64,000 nt of DNA from Actinomycetales bacterium (lineage in GTDB: Bacteria; Actinomycetota; Actinomycetes; Actinomycetales; CAVURS01). The stretch spans positions 1 through 64,000 of the forward strand of contig JBJMHS010000030.1 in the NCBI GenBank assembly GCA_045807245.1. The letters are read 5' to 3'. Positions 37,986-50,545 of the stretch are shown here, piece by piece (positions within the stretch are counted from its first letter, which is position 1; the number at the start of each line of letters is the position of its first letter). The position numbers were made by a program, and so were the translations under genes. The notes beneath the pieces were generated by a model. The model worked only from the letters and a program-made list of their open reading frames with translations, ran no database searches and was not told where the DNA came from.

Positions 37986-39011
37986 ATGGCGCTGACCGAC
38001 GTCTGGTTCATCCTCATCGCCGTCCTCTGGGCGGGCTATCTCGTCCTCGACGGGTTCGACCTCGGAGTGGGCATGCTGCTGCCGGTGCTCGCGCGCAGCG
38101 ACGCCGAACGCAGGCTCATGGTCAACACCATCGGCCCCGTCTGGGACGGCAACGAGGTGTGGCTGCTCGTGGCCGGCGGGGCGACCTTCGCGGCCTTCCC
38201 GATGTGGTACGCCTCGATGTTCAGCGGCTTCTACCTCGCTCTGCTGCTCCTCCTCGTCGGCCTGATCATCCGGGGCGTGTCGTTCGAGTACCGCGGCAAG
38301 GTCGATGACCCCGTCTGGCGTGGGCGTTGGGACGTGGCGATCGTGGTGGGGTCGGCTGTGCCGGCGCTCCTGCTGGGAGTGGCTCTGACCAACGTGGTCC
38401 GTGGTGTCCCGATCGACAAGAGCGGCAACTACACCGGGACACTCTTCACGCTGCTCAACCCGGTCGGCCTCCTCGGCGGGCTGACGACGCTCACCCTGTT
38501 CGCCTTCCACGCCTGCCTGTTCGTGGCGCTCAAGACCGACGGGCCGATCCGGGCCCGGGCCCAGCGGGTCGCCCGCACCGCGGGGCTGGCCGCCACACTG
38601 TGCGGTGCGGTCCTGCTGCTCTGGGCGCAGCTCACCACGGGGCATCCGCTCACCTGGGTCCCGCTGCTCGTCGCGGCCGGCGCTCTGCTGGCGGCGCTGG
38701 TGTTCAACCAGCGCGGTCGTGAAGGGTGGGCCTTCGCCGCCACCGCGACTGCCATCGCGGCCGCCGTGGCCACCCTGTTCGGTGCCCTGTACCCCAATGT
38801 GCTGCCGTCGACGACGAACGCGGCGTACAGCTTGACGACCGCGAACGCCTCGTCGACGCACTACACGCTGGCGATCATGACCGGCGTTGCGGTCGTCTTC
38901 ACCCCCGTCGTGCTCGCCTACCAGGCGTGGACCTACTGGGCCTTCCGCCAGCGCATCTCGGTCGAGCACCTGCCGCCGTACGAGGGGCTGCCCGCGCGGA
39001 CCCGAGGATGA
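37986..39011 (+). CDS. cydB: Cytochrome bd ubiquinol oxidase subunit II
   Basis: LDGFDLGVG, IGPVWDGNEVWL, FAAFPMWY and RGVSFEYR. Confidence 0.97.
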   Translation: MALTDVWFILIAVLWAGYLVLDGFDLGVGMLLPVLARSDAERRLMVNTIGPVWDGNEVWLLVAGGATFAAFPMWYASMFSGFYLALLLLLVGLIIRGVSFEYRGKVDDPVWRGRWDVAIVVGSAVPALLLGVALTNVVRGVPIDKSGNYTGTLFTLLNPVGLLGGLTTLTLFAFHACLFVALKTDGPIRARAQRVARTAGLAATLCGAVLLLWAQLTTGHPLTWVPLLVAAGALLAALVFNQRGREGWAFAATATAIAAAVATLFGALYPNVLPSTTNAAYSLTTANASSTHYTLAIMTGVAVVFTPVVLAYQAWTYWAFRQRISVEHLPPYEGLPARTRG

Positions 39012-40702
39012 GGCCGCTCGACCCCAGGCTGCTGCGTCACTCCGGAGCGGTACGGCCCTACCTGGCGGCGACAACAACCGTTGGGGTTGCGACCACCGGC
39101 CTCGTCGCCGTGCAGGCGTGGCTGCTGGCCGACGCCATCACCGCCGTGTACTTGCACGGGGCGGGTCTGGGCCAGGTGAGCTCCGACGTCACGGGGCTGC
39201 TCGTGGTCGTGGCGTTGCGAGCCGGTCTGACCGGTGCGCAGGAGTGGCTGGCCCGCGCGACCTCGGCCCGAGTGCAGGCAGATCTACGAATCCGGTTGCT
39301 GGACAAGGTGTTCCAGCTGGGTCCGGAGTGGCTGGCTCGGCACCGCTCCGCCGAGATCGCCGTCCTGGCCACTCGCGGAGTCCGGGCTCTCGACAGCTAC
39401 TTCACGCAGTACCTCCCCCAGGTGGTGCTCGCCGCGCTCGTGCCCTTGGTGGTCCTCGGTTGCCTCCTGCCGGCCGATCCGGTCGCGTTCGCCGTCGTTG
39501 CGCTCACCGTCCCGCTGGTGCCGCTCTTCATGGCCCTGGTTGGGCTGACGACCCGAGAGCGCACCCAACGGCAGTGGTCTGCCCTGCAACGTCTCGCCCA
39601 CCACTTCCTCGACGTCGTGACCGGCCTGTCGACGCTGAAGGTGTACGGCCGGGCGCGCCGCCAACGCGAGGTCGTGGCCCACCGCACCGACGAGTACCGA
39701 CGCACCACGATGTCGACCATGCGGCTGGCCTTCCTGTCCTCCCTGGTCCTGGAGCTGCTGGCCACCCTGTCCGTGGCGCTGGTCGCGGTCGCCGTCGGGT
39801 TGCGGCTGCTGCGCGGTGACCTGGACCTCCGCACGGCGCTGTTCGTGCTCGTCCTGGCCCCCGAGGCCTATCTGCCGCTGAGGCGGATGGGGGCGGCGCA
39901 CCATGCGGCCGCCGAAGGCCTCGAAGCGGCGCAACAGATCCTGGATGTCATCGAACAGGACCCGCCACGGCCCGGCTCGACACCGTTGTCGCCACGAGCG
40001 CCTCGGCCGTCGGCAGCCGGTCCGACCGGCCGGGCTCTGCAGGTCGTCAACCTGGCCGTGCGGCGGAAGGAGCAGGAGGACGCGGTGGTGCGCGACTTCG
40101 ACATCGACGTGCCCGCGGGGCGCTTGGTCGTCCTCACCGGCCCGAGCGGCTGTGGCAAGTCGACCCTCCTGGAAGCCCTGCTGGGTTTCGTCCCGGTCGA
40201 ACGCGGTCTCGTCCAGGTCGTCGATCCGGGCGGTCGCGTCACGTCGCTGGCCGAGCGAGCCGTGGCCGACTGGCGCAACGGGTTCGCCTACGTGCCGCAA
40301 CGGCCCTACCTGATGGCCGGCACCGTTGCGGAGAACGTGCGCCTCGGCACGCCCTCAGCCTCGGACGAGGAGGTCCGGCAGGCCCTGTCCCGGGCCGGTG
40401 AGCTGGAAACGGAGCTCCCCGACGGTCTGCAGACGCTGGTCGGCGAGGGTGGGTGGGGCCTGTCGACCGGCCAGGTGCGACGCCTCGCACTGGCCCGGGC
40501 GATCATCCAGAACCGACCGATCCTGCTGCTGGACGAACCCACAGCGGGGCTCGACCCGTCGACAGAGGCGCAGGTCGTTCGCAGCCTGCTGGACCGGCCC
40601 GCCGGGCAGACCGTCCTGGCGGTCAGCCATCGCGCGGCCCTGATCGCGGCGGCCGACCTCGTCGTCACGATGGACCTGCGGCGACAAGAGGCCGTCGCGT
40701 GA
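39008..40702 (+). CDS. cydD: Thiol reductant/heme ABC exporter subunit CydD
   Basis: YLPQ, LRLAF-like TMRLAFLSSLVLELLATLSVA, LAPEAYLPLR, GPSGCGKS, LSTGQ and LLDEPT. Confidence 0.93.
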   Translation: MRPLDPRLLRHSGAVRPYLAATTTVGVATTGLVAVQAWLLADAITAVYLHGAGLGQVSSDVTGLLVVVALRAGLTGAQEWLARATSARVQADLRIRLLDKVFQLGPEWLARHRSAEIAVLATRGVRALDSYFTQYLPQVVLAALVPLVVLGCLLPADPVAFAVVALTVPLVPLFMALVGLTTRERTQRQWSALQRLAHHFLDVVTGLSTLKVYGRARRQREVVAHRTDEYRRTTMSTMRLAFLSSLVLELLATLSVALVAVAVGLRLLRGDLDLRTALFVLVLAPEAYLPLRRMGAAHHAAAEGLEAAQQILDVIEQDPPRPGSTPLSPRAPRPSAAGPTGRALQVVNLAVRRKEQEDAVVRDFDIDVPAGRLVVLTGPSGCGKSTLLEALLGFVPVERGLVQVVDPGGRVTSLAERAVADWRNGFAYVPQRPYLMAGTVAENVRLGTPSASDEEVRQALSRAGELETELPDGLQTLVGEGGWGLSTGQVRRLALARAIIQNRPILLLDEPTAGLDPSTEAQVVRSLLDRPAGQTVLAVSHRAALIAAADLVVTMDLRRQEAVA

Positions 40703-42453
40703 GTACCGCTCGTCCGGCTCCGGCAGTGCGCCGACCGCTGGTCGAGACGCTGCACCTGCTGGGCGGCCTGTGGCCGCGCCTGTTGCTCGCTGCCCTCGCG
40801 GGGGCCGCGGCCCTGGGCTCGGGGGTCGCCCTCACCGCAACCTCTGCGTGGCTGATCTCCCGCGCCGCGCAACATCCCCCGGTGCTCGACCTCATGGTGG
40901 CCATCGTCGCGGTGCGGGCGTTCGGGCTGGCTCGGGGCTTCTGCCGGTACGCCGAGCGCCTCCTCAGTCATGACGCCGCGTTCCGCGCGCTCTCCCGGAC
41001 GAGAGTGCTTCTCTACTCCGCCTTGGAGGGCCTCACCCCGGTCGGCATCGGCGCGTACCGCTCCGGTGACCTGCTGGCGCGGCTCGTCGACGACGTGGAC
41101 GCGATCCAGGACCTCTATCTGCGCGTCGCCGTGCCGGTGGCTGCCGGCACGGCCGTCGGGCTGGGCGCAGTCGTCGGCTTGGGCTGGGCCGCTCCCGCGC
41201 CGGCAGCGGCTCTGGCCGTGGGCCTGGTGGTGGTCGGCGTGGTGCTGCCTGCCTGGGCCACCCGGGCTGCCGCCCGAGCCACCGAGCTCGAGATCCCCGC
41301 CCGGCGCGACCTGTCCGTCGCCACGATGGACGCGCTGCTGGGCTCGGCCGACCTGCTGGCCTGCGGAGCAGACCGGAGCCAGCTCGACCGGGTCGCGGGA
41401 CTCGACGACCGGCTCCTGGCCGCGGCGCGGTCCGATCGGCGTACCGCGGCAGTGAACGCCGTCGCGTCGTCACTCGCCACCGGCGCCACCGTCGTGGCCT
41501 GCCTGGTGCTCGGCGCGCAAGCTGTCCGGGCCGGCGGTCTGCCGGGTGAGCTGCTCGCCACCGTGGTGCTCACCCCGCTCGCGACGTTCGAGGCCGTTTC
41601 CACGTTCCCCGCCGCCGCGCAACAGCTCGGCCGGGTCCGGGCCAGCGCCGCCCGCGTTCTCGAGGTGCTGCATCGAGCGCCGCCGGCCGCATCCGTCATC
41701 GGGCGGCAGGCCGACCCACCGCGGCCACCCCTGCAGATCGAGCTCCGGCACCTCAGCGCCAGGTGGCCGGGAGCCGACCGGCCGGCCTTGCGCGACATCG
41801 ACCTGCGCCTGGCGTCCGGTTCGCGAACCGCTGTCGTGGGGCCCAGCGGGTCCGGCAAGTCGACGCTCGTCGCCGTCCTGCTCGGCTTCCTCCCGCCGGT
41901 GACCGGGCAGGTGATGATGAACGGTCAGGACGCGGCCAGCCTGGACGAGCCGGATCTCCGCCGGCTCATCGGGTGCTGCAGCCAAGAGGCGCACATCTTC
42001 GACGCGTCCATCGCCGACAACGTCCGGATCGGCCGGCCCGGGGCGTCGGAGCAGCAGGTCCGCAGGGCCCTCGACCGAGCCGGACTGCTCAGCTGGGTGA
42101 CCGGTCTCCCCGACGGGTCAGCCGCCTGGGCCGGCGAGCACGGCGGCCGGCTGTCCGGCGGACAGCGGCAGCGTCTCGCCCTGGCCCGTGAGCTGCTGGC
42201 CGACCGTCCGGTCGTGCTCCTCGACGAGCCGACCGAGCACCTGGAGGAGAGCATGGCCGCGGACCTCGTCCGTGACCTCCTCCGAGCCGTCAGGGACCGG
42301 ACGACCCTGATCGTGACGCATCAGCTGGCCGGGTTGGATTCGGTGGAGGAGATCGTGGTGCTCAACGGCGGTCGCATCGTCCAACGCGGCACCCACGAAC
42401 AGCTGCTGACCGAGTGCGGCTGGTACCGAGACGCCTGGCTCACACAGCACTAG
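40699..42453 (+). CDS. cydC: Thiol reductant/heme ABC exporter subunit CydC
   Basis: SAWLISRAA, VRAFGLARGFCRYAERLLSHDAAFR, GPSGSGKS, LSGGQRQR and LDEPTEHL. Confidence 0.93.
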   Translation: MSTARPAPAVRRPLVETLHLLGGLWPRLLLAALAGAAALGSGVALTATSAWLISRAAQHPPVLDLMVAIVAVRAFGLARGFCRYAERLLSHDAAFRALSRTRVLLYSALEGLTPVGIGAYRSGDLLARLVDDVDAIQDLYLRVAVPVAAGTAVGLGAVVGLGWAAPAPAAALAVGLVVVGVVLPAWATRAAARATELEIPARRDLSVATMDALLGSADLLACGADRSQLDRVAGLDDRLLAAARSDRRTAAVNAVASSLATGATVVACLVLGAQAVRAGGLPGELLATVVLTPLATFEAVSTFPAAAQQLGRVRASAARVLEVLHRAPPAASVIGRQADPPRPPLQIELRHLSARWPGADRPALRDIDLRLASGSRTAVVGPSGSGKSTLVAVLLGFLPPVTGQVMMNGQDAASLDEPDLRRLIGCCSQEAHIFDASIADNVRIGRPGASEQQVRRALDRAGLLSWVTGLPDGSAAWAGEHGGRLSGGQRQRLALARELLADRPVVLLDEPTEHLEESMAADLVRDLLRAVRDRTTLIVTHQLAGLDSVEEIVVLNGGRIVQRGTHEQLLTECGWYRDAWLTQH

Positions 42454-42463
42454 GGCGCCGCTC

Positions 42464-42506
42464 GGGACCTTGGACCCTGCCCCGCCGTCGGCGACGGTCG
42501 CACGCT
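42464..42506 (+). promoter_or_regulatory. Dev/DosR-box promoter
   Basis: GGGACCTTGGACCC, 23-nt gap, CACGCT. Confidence 0.75.
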
Positions 42507-42537
42507 GGGGAGGACCGACCGCACCGAGGGAGCCACC

Positions 42538-43464
42538 ATGACCAGCACCATCGTCGTCGGCTTCGACGACTCGCCCCACTCGCACGCAGCGCTGCACTGG
42601 GCCGCCGCCGAGGCCAAGTCTCGCGGCGCGCGACTGCGGATCGTCAACGCCTGGGACCCGAGCCCGGTCACGCCGTGGAACCTGCCGGAGGTCGCGGACT
42701 GGCACGAACGGGCGGCAACGGAGGCCCAGAACGCTGCCGAAGCCGCGCGGGCAGCCGTCGGGGGCGGCCTCGACGTCGAGGCGCTGGCTGTCGAGGGACC
42801 GGCGGGCAAGGTGCTGGCGGAGCAGTCGCTGCACGCCGAGCTGCTCGTCGTCGGGTCGTCCGGACACATCGGACTGGCCGGGCTGTTCACCGGCAGCGTC
42901 AGTCGGCATCTGCTGCACCGCGCCGCCTGCCCGCTCGTCGTCCTCGGTCCCAACGCCCAGTCCGACGCGACCCGCCGACTGGTGCTCAGCCCGACCCTCG
43001 ACCCCGACGGTGAGACCTTCGACTGGGTGGCTCGCTGGATCGAGCGACGGGCGGTCCCGATCTACGTCGTCTCCTCGTTCGACATCTCGTCGAGCATCGC
43101 GGACGCGGCCCTGACCGGAAACGGCCAGGCGGTGCGGGCGGCCGTGCACCACCAGACCGACTGCTGGGTCGCCTCACTGGAGGACGTCGTCCGGCAACGC
43201 GCCGTGATCCCGCTCGAGATCGACCGGGCCGTCATCGAGGGACCGGCCCGTCAGGTGCTGGACGAGCAGACCACTCCCGGCGACCTGCTCGTCGTGCCGG
43301 CCGGCTGTGAGCACTTCGTCCCCGTGGCCCACGGGGAATGCCCGATCGCCGTCGTGCCGGCCGTCCGGCGGGCCAGAGTCGAGGAGCCGGAGGCGGCCGT
43401 GTTCGTGACATCACCAGCGCGCCGCACCGGCGTGCTCTCCCCGGGCGCGGTCGGGGTACGTTGA
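42538..43464 (+). CDS. Universal stress protein (second domain degenerate)
   Basis: IVVGFDDS...LLVVGSSGH...GSVSRHLLHRAACPLVV, followed by a diverged second USP domain ending CPIAVV. Confidence 0.88.
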   Translation: MTSTIVVGFDDSPHSHAALHWAAAEAKSRGARLRIVNAWDPSPVTPWNLPEVADWHERAATEAQNAAEAARAAVGGGLDVEALAVEGPAGKVLAEQSLHAELLVVGSSGHIGLAGLFTGSVSRHLLHRAACPLVVLGPNAQSDATRRLVLSPTLDPDGETFDWVARWIERRAVPIYVVSSFDISSSIADAALTGNGQAVRAAVHHQTDCWVASLEDVVRQRAVIPLEIDRAVIEGPARQVLDEQTTPGDLLVVPAGCEHFVPVAHGECPIAVVPAVRRARVEEPEAAVFVTSPARRTGVLSPGAVGVR

Positions 43465-43467
43465 CAC

Positions 43468-45876
43468 GTGTCGCATACAACCGAACCGGACCTCGCCACG
43501 TACGACGACCGGGACCTGGCTGAGGACCTGCGCTGGTGGGCGGCCGCCAACTACCTGACCGTCGCGCAGATCTACCTGAAGGCGAACCCCCTGCTGCGCC
43601 GGCCTCTCACGGCGGATGACATCAAGCCACGGCTGCTCGGCCACTGGGGCACGAGCCCGGGCCTGTCGATGATCTACACCCTGCTCAACCGAGTCATCCG
43701 CAAGACCGGCAGCCCATTCCTCTACGTGGCCGGCCCCGGTCATGGCGGCCCCGCACTCGTCGCGAACGCCTACCTCGAGGGCACGTACAGCGAGGTGTAC
43801 CCGCACGTCTCCCCTGACGAGGCGGGCCTGCTCACGCTGGTGCGCCAGTTCTCCACGCCGGGAGGCATCCCGAGCCATGTCAGCGTGCAGACGCCGGGCA
43901 GCATCCACGAGGGTGGAGAGCTGGGCTATGCACTCGTCCACGCGTCGGGTGCGGCGTTCGACCATCCGGAGCTGGTGGTCGCCTGCGTCGTCGGAGACGG
44001 GGAGGCCGAGACCGGTCCCTTGGCCGCCTCGTGGCGCGTGCCCGCGTTCCTGAACGCCCGGCGGGACGGCGCAGTGCTGCCGATCCTGCACCTGAACGGC
44101 TACAAGATCTCCGGCCCAAGCGTTCTGGGCCGGGCGAGCGACCAGGACGTCAGCGCCTTCCTGGGCGCTCAGGGCTGGGCACCGACCGTCGTCTCCGGTG
44201 ACCAGCCAGAGGTTGTCTTCCGACAACTCTTTGCCGCACTTGCGGACGCACATGGCCGCATCCGATCCATCCAGGACCGCGCTCGCGGCGACGGCTCCTG
44301 GAGCCCGGCGGAACGATGGCCGGCGATCGTTCTCCGGACGCCGAAGGGCTGGACCGGACCGGACATCGTCGATGGGGTCCAGGTTGAAGGCACCTTCCGC
44401 GCGCACCAGGTGCCCCTGTCGTCGGTACGGGAGAACCCCGACCACCTGCGTCGGCTGGAGGAATGGCTGCGTTCGTACGGCCCCGAGTCGCTCTTCGACA
44501 CCGGCGGTCGGCTGGCACCCGAGATCGGCTCGCTCGCCCCGTCAGGATCGATGCGCATGTCGGCGTCGCCGTATGCCAACGGCGGGTTGGTCCTGCGGCC
44601 GTTGCCGCTGCCCTCCCTCGACCGGTACGCCGTGGCCGTCACCTCACCCGGTGCGACGCTGCACGAGTCGACCCGTCCGATCGGCGAGCTGCTACGCGAC
44701 ATCTATCGCGCGACGACGACGGAGGACGGCGGTGGGACCTTCCGCCTGTTCTGTCCGGACGAGACGTCGAGCAACCGGCTGGACGCCGTGTTCCAAGCGA
44801 CCGACCGTTGCCTGCAGACGGCTGCCCTGCCGTCGGACGACCACCTCTCGCCCGAGGGACGAGTGATGGAGGTGCTGTCCGAGCACCTGTGCCAAGGGTG
44901 GCTGGAGGGCTACACCCTGTCCGGACGCCATGGGCTGTTCGCGACATACGAAGCGTTCGCCATGGTGTCCGCGTCCATGCTCGTGCAGCACACCAAGTGG
45001 CTGCAGCACGCGGCCGAGCTGCCGTGGCGCGCCGAGGTGGCATCACTCAACGTGCTCCTCACCTCGACCTGCTGGCGCAACGACCACAACGGGTTCTCCC
45101 ACCAGGGACCCGGCCTCATCGACACGGCGCTGCCGTTGGCGCCGGACGTCGTGCGGGTCTGGCTGCCCCCGGACGGCAACTGCGCGCTGTCCATCACGGA
45201 CCACTGTCTGCGCAGCCGCAACCACGTCAACTTGATCGTCGTCGACAAGCAGCCGCACCTGCAGTACCTGACGCTGGACGAAGCCAACCGGCACTGCGCC
45301 GCCGGGGCGTCGATCTGGGACTGGGCTGGGACGGAGCAGGATGAGCCCGGGCGCCCTGACGAGCCGGACATCGTGCTCGCCGCCGCGGGAGATGTCCCGA
45401 CCCAGGAGCTGCTGGCCGCCGCTCAGCTGTTGCGCCGGCACGTGCCGTACCTGCGGGTGCGCGTGGTGAACGTCGTCGACCTCATGGGCCTGTTACCGGT
45501 CAACGACCACCCGCACGGTTTCACCGACCGTAAGTTCGAAGATCTCTTCACGTCCGACGCGCACGTGATCTTCGCGTTCCACGGCTATCCGCGCGCAGTG
45601 CACGAGCTGCTGCACGGGCGGGTCAACCCCGGCCGGTTCCACGTCCGCGGCTTCAACGAGCAGGGCACGACGACGACGCCCTTCGACATGGTCGTGCTCA
45701 ACCGGATGAGCAGGTACCACCTCGTGATCGAGGCGCTGCGACGTTCGCGCCGCGCGGCTCAGGGCGGCGCCGAGCTGGCGCGGCACTGCGAGGAGATGCT
45801 GGCCCGGCACCACGACTACGTCCGCGAGCACCTGGAGGACATGCCCGAGATCCGGGACTGGGCCTGGTCGGCGTGA
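43468..45876 (+). CDS. xfp: Phosphoketolase (XFP family)
   Basis: AANYL, LLGHWGT, GPGHG, HEGGELGY, GDGEAETGP, LSEH, YEAF, DHNGFSHQ and EQGTTTTPFDM. Confidence 0.96.
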   Translation: MSHTTEPDLATYDDRDLAEDLRWWAAANYLTVAQIYLKANPLLRRPLTADDIKPRLLGHWGTSPGLSMIYTLLNRVIRKTGSPFLYVAGPGHGGPALVANAYLEGTYSEVYPHVSPDEAGLLTLVRQFSTPGGIPSHVSVQTPGSIHEGGELGYALVHASGAAFDHPELVVACVVGDGEAETGPLAASWRVPAFLNARRDGAVLPILHLNGYKISGPSVLGRASDQDVSAFLGAQGWAPTVVSGDQPEVVFRQLFAALADAHGRIRSIQDRARGDGSWSPAERWPAIVLRTPKGWTGPDIVDGVQVEGTFRAHQVPLSSVRENPDHLRRLEEWLRSYGPESLFDTGGRLAPEIGSLAPSGSMRMSASPYANGGLVLRPLPLPSLDRYAVAVTSPGATLHESTRPIGELLRDIYRATTTEDGGGTFRLFCPDETSSNRLDAVFQATDRCLQTAALPSDDHLSPEGRVMEVLSEHLCQGWLEGYTLSGRHGLFATYEAFAMVSASMLVQHTKWLQHAAELPWRAEVASLNVLLTSTCWRNDHNGFSHQGPGLIDTALPLAPDVVRVWLPPDGNCALSITDHCLRSRNHVNLIVVDKQPHLQYLTLDEANRHCAAGASIWDWAGTEQDEPGRPDEPDIVLAAAGDVPTQELLAAAQLLRRHVPYLRVRVVNVVDLMGLLPVNDHPHGFTDRKFEDLFTSDAHVIFAFHGYPRAVHELLHGRVNPGRFHVRGFNEQGTTTTPFDMVVLNRMSRYHLVIEALRRSRRAAQGGAELARHCEEMLARHHDYVREHLEDMPEIRDWAWSA

Positions 45877-46925
45877 CGTCGTCCGGAGCGGACCGGCTCG
45901 TCGTCCTGGCGATCAACCCCGGTTCCTCATCGCTCAAGGCCGCGGTCCGCGGTCCCGGCCTGTCCCTGGAGGACAGCTTCGACCACATCGGCACACCGGA
46001 CGCGCTGCTCGGCGCGCTCGGCCAGGTCGCCGATCGGCTGCAGCACAGTGGCATCCACCCGGACGCCGTCGGGCATCGCGTGGTCCACGGGGGCCCGGAC
46101 CACACGCGGACGACGTCCGTCGACGATGGCCTCATCGAGGACCTCCGGCGCGTCGTACCCCTCGCTCCGCTGCACCTGCCGACCGATCTGGCGGTGATCG
46201 AAGCCGCCCGCCGGGCGTGGGCGGACGCCGTACACGTCGCCTGCTTCGACACGGCCTTCCATGCCGGCCTGCCGGAGATCTCCAAGCGGCTGCCCGTCGC
46301 CGCCGAGCTGGCCGAGCGCGGGGTACGTCGCTACGGCTTCCACGGCCTGTCCCTCCAGTCGGTGCTGCGCGCCCGCCCTGACCTCGACAACGCCGTGATC
46401 GCACACCTGGGGAGCGGTTGCAGCGTCACCGCCGTGTCCGGCGGCAGATCGCGTCACACGACGATGTCCATGACACCCACGGGCGGGATGGTCTCCGCGA
46501 CGCGCAGCGGCGATCTGGACCCCGAGATCGTCCTGTACCTGATCGAGGACCTGGGGTACGACGTGCCGACGTTGCGCGAGCTGCTCGACCGGCACTCCGG
46601 CCTGGCCGGAGTCGCGGCCGGGCGGCACGACCTGCGCGAGCTGCTCGCGGCTGAGGCCGACGACGAGAACGCCCGGCTGGCCGTGGAGCTGTTCGTCCGG
46701 TCAACGGCGACGGCCGTCGTCACCTGCGCCCTGGTGCTCGACCGGTTCGACACGCTGGTGTTCACCGGCGGGGTGGGTGAGCACGCAGCCGTCGTTCGCG
46801 AACGGGTCATGGCCCTCCTGTCGCGAATCGGCGCCCGTCCGGCCGAGACGTGTGTCGTTGCGGCAGACGAGCAGATCGTCATCGACAGCGAGGTACGCCG
46901 GCTGCTGACTGGTCCCAACGGATAG
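45873..46925 (+). CDS. ackA: Acetate/propionate kinase
   Basis: INPGSSSLK, GHRVVHGG, LAPLH, FDTAFH, RYGFHGLS, HLGSG, TRSGDLDP and FTGGVGE. Confidence 0.93.
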   Translation: MTSSGADRLVVLAINPGSSSLKAAVRGPGLSLEDSFDHIGTPDALLGALGQVADRLQHSGIHPDAVGHRVVHGGPDHTRTTSVDDGLIEDLRRVVPLAPLHLPTDLAVIEAARRAWADAVHVACFDTAFHAGLPEISKRLPVAAELAERGVRRYGFHGLSLQSVLRARPDLDNAVIAHLGSGCSVTAVSGGRSRHTTMSMTPTGGMVSATRSGDLDPEIVLYLIEDLGYDVPTLRELLDRHSGLAGVAAGRHDLRELLAAEADDENARLAVELFVRSTATAVVTCALVLDRFDTLVFTGGVGEHAAVVRERVMALLSRIGARPAETCVVAADEQIVIDSEVRRLLTGPNG

Positions 46926-46954
46926 GTCCCGCGTGCCGCTCTGCCCAGCGGCGA

Positions 46955-46998
46955 AGGACTTTGGGCCCTGTGGTGACGACCCTTCTTGTGCCGACACT
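46955..46998 (+). promoter_or_regulatory. Dev/DosR-box promoter
   Basis: AGGACTTTGGGCCC, 24-nt gap, GACACT. Confidence 0.6.
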
Positions 46999-47028
46999 GT
47001 GGTATGCCCTCATGACAGGAGCCTCCGC

Positions 47029-47757
47029 ATGACCAGCGCACCCCGAGGTGCGGTCGCCGAACATCTCGACCGCCAGACCCGGTTCGACCCGAGCGCGGTT
47101 CACGGACTGCCCGAGCCTGCGCGCCGGTGGCTGGTCCACAGCGTGGCCGGGGACACCCCGATGTACACCAGGGTCGACCTTGAGCTGGAGGGTCATCTGA
47201 AGCTCGGGTCCTGGCGGCGTTTCACGGCCCGGCAGACGATCCGGCCCCATTACGGCTACTCCTGGTCGGCCACCACGCACGTCGCCACGTTGCCGGTCAG
47301 TGGCGTGGAGTCCATGAGCCCCGCGACGGCGCGCAAGATCTGGCAGGCCGCCGGCTTGTTCCCCGTCGTACGCGTCCAGGGACCCGAGCTGCTCAACTCG
47401 GCGGCCGGGCGGCTGGCGGCCGAGAGCTTCTTCGTCCCCACGGCGTTCAGCCTGGCCTCGTGGGAGACGACCGCCGATCTGGAGTCGGCGTTCGCCACCT
47501 GGCGGCTCGGAGCTCGCGTCGACCGGGTCCGCATCGACGTAGCGCCGAGCGGCCGCCTACGGTCGGTTGCACTGCGCCGCTGGGGTAGTCCGCCCGGAGC
47601 GCGGTACGCACGCCATCCGTTCAGCCTGCGCTTCGAGGAGGAGCTCGACGTCGGAGGCGTGCTGATCCCGCGCACCTTCACCGCGCACTGGGGAGCCGAG
47701 CGGCCGGACGACGGAGCCTTCATGCGCGCGCAGGTCGTGGCCGCCCACTTCAGCTGA
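47029..47757 (+). CDS. Conserved hypothetical protein (DUF6544-like)
   Basis: RBS aggag. LPEPARRWLVHS...GHLKLGSWRRFTARQ pattern (family assignment from memory). Confidence 0.7.
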   Translation: MTSAPRGAVAEHLDRQTRFDPSAVHGLPEPARRWLVHSVAGDTPMYTRVDLELEGHLKLGSWRRFTARQTIRPHYGYSWSATTHVATLPVSGVESMSPATARKIWQAAGLFPVVRVQGPELLNSAAGRLAAESFFVPTAFSLASWETTADLESAFATWRLGARVDRVRIDVAPSGRLRSVALRRWGSPPGARYARHPFSLRFEEELDVGGVLIPRTFTAHWGAERPDDGAFMRAQVVAAHFS

Positions 47758-47760
47758 GTC

Positions 47761-50072
<2,312 letters not shown>

Positions 50073-50076
<4 letters not shown>

Positions 50077-50534
50077 GACCGGTCATGGAGCGGATGCAGC
50101 GCCCCGAATGCCTGCAACGTCTTGCTGGGCAGGCGGTCGGGCGGGTCGCCGTGACGGCTCAGGCGCTGCCGGCGATCATCCCCGTCAACTACGTGCTGGA
50201 TGACCAGTCGATCGTCTTCCGGACTGACGCCGACGGACTGCTGGCGCACGCCTGCGACGAGAGCGTGGTCGCGTTCGAGGTGGACGACATGGCCGCCGAC
50301 GGGTCCGGCGGCTGGAGCGTCCTGGTCGTCGGAGTCGCTCACCTCCTCGACGGGAGCCAGGCGGCACGGGCCGCACAGCTGGACGTCGTGAGCGCGATGG
50401 GCCAGGGCCGAAACCAACACATCAGCATCGACATCAGTCGGGTGAGCGGGCGCAGAGTCGGCACTCAACCGGCATCCGACGTCGGACGCGAGCGCGTCGG
50501 CGATGCGCCCACCCGGCTGCACGGCGTGAGCTGA
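50073..50534 (+). CDS. Pyridoxamine 5'-phosphate oxidase-like protein (tandem paralog)
   Basis: ECLQRLAGQAVGRVAV, PVNY, IVFRT, VAFEVD and GWSVLVVG. Confidence 0.88.
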
Positions 50535-50545
50535 CGGCGGCGGCC

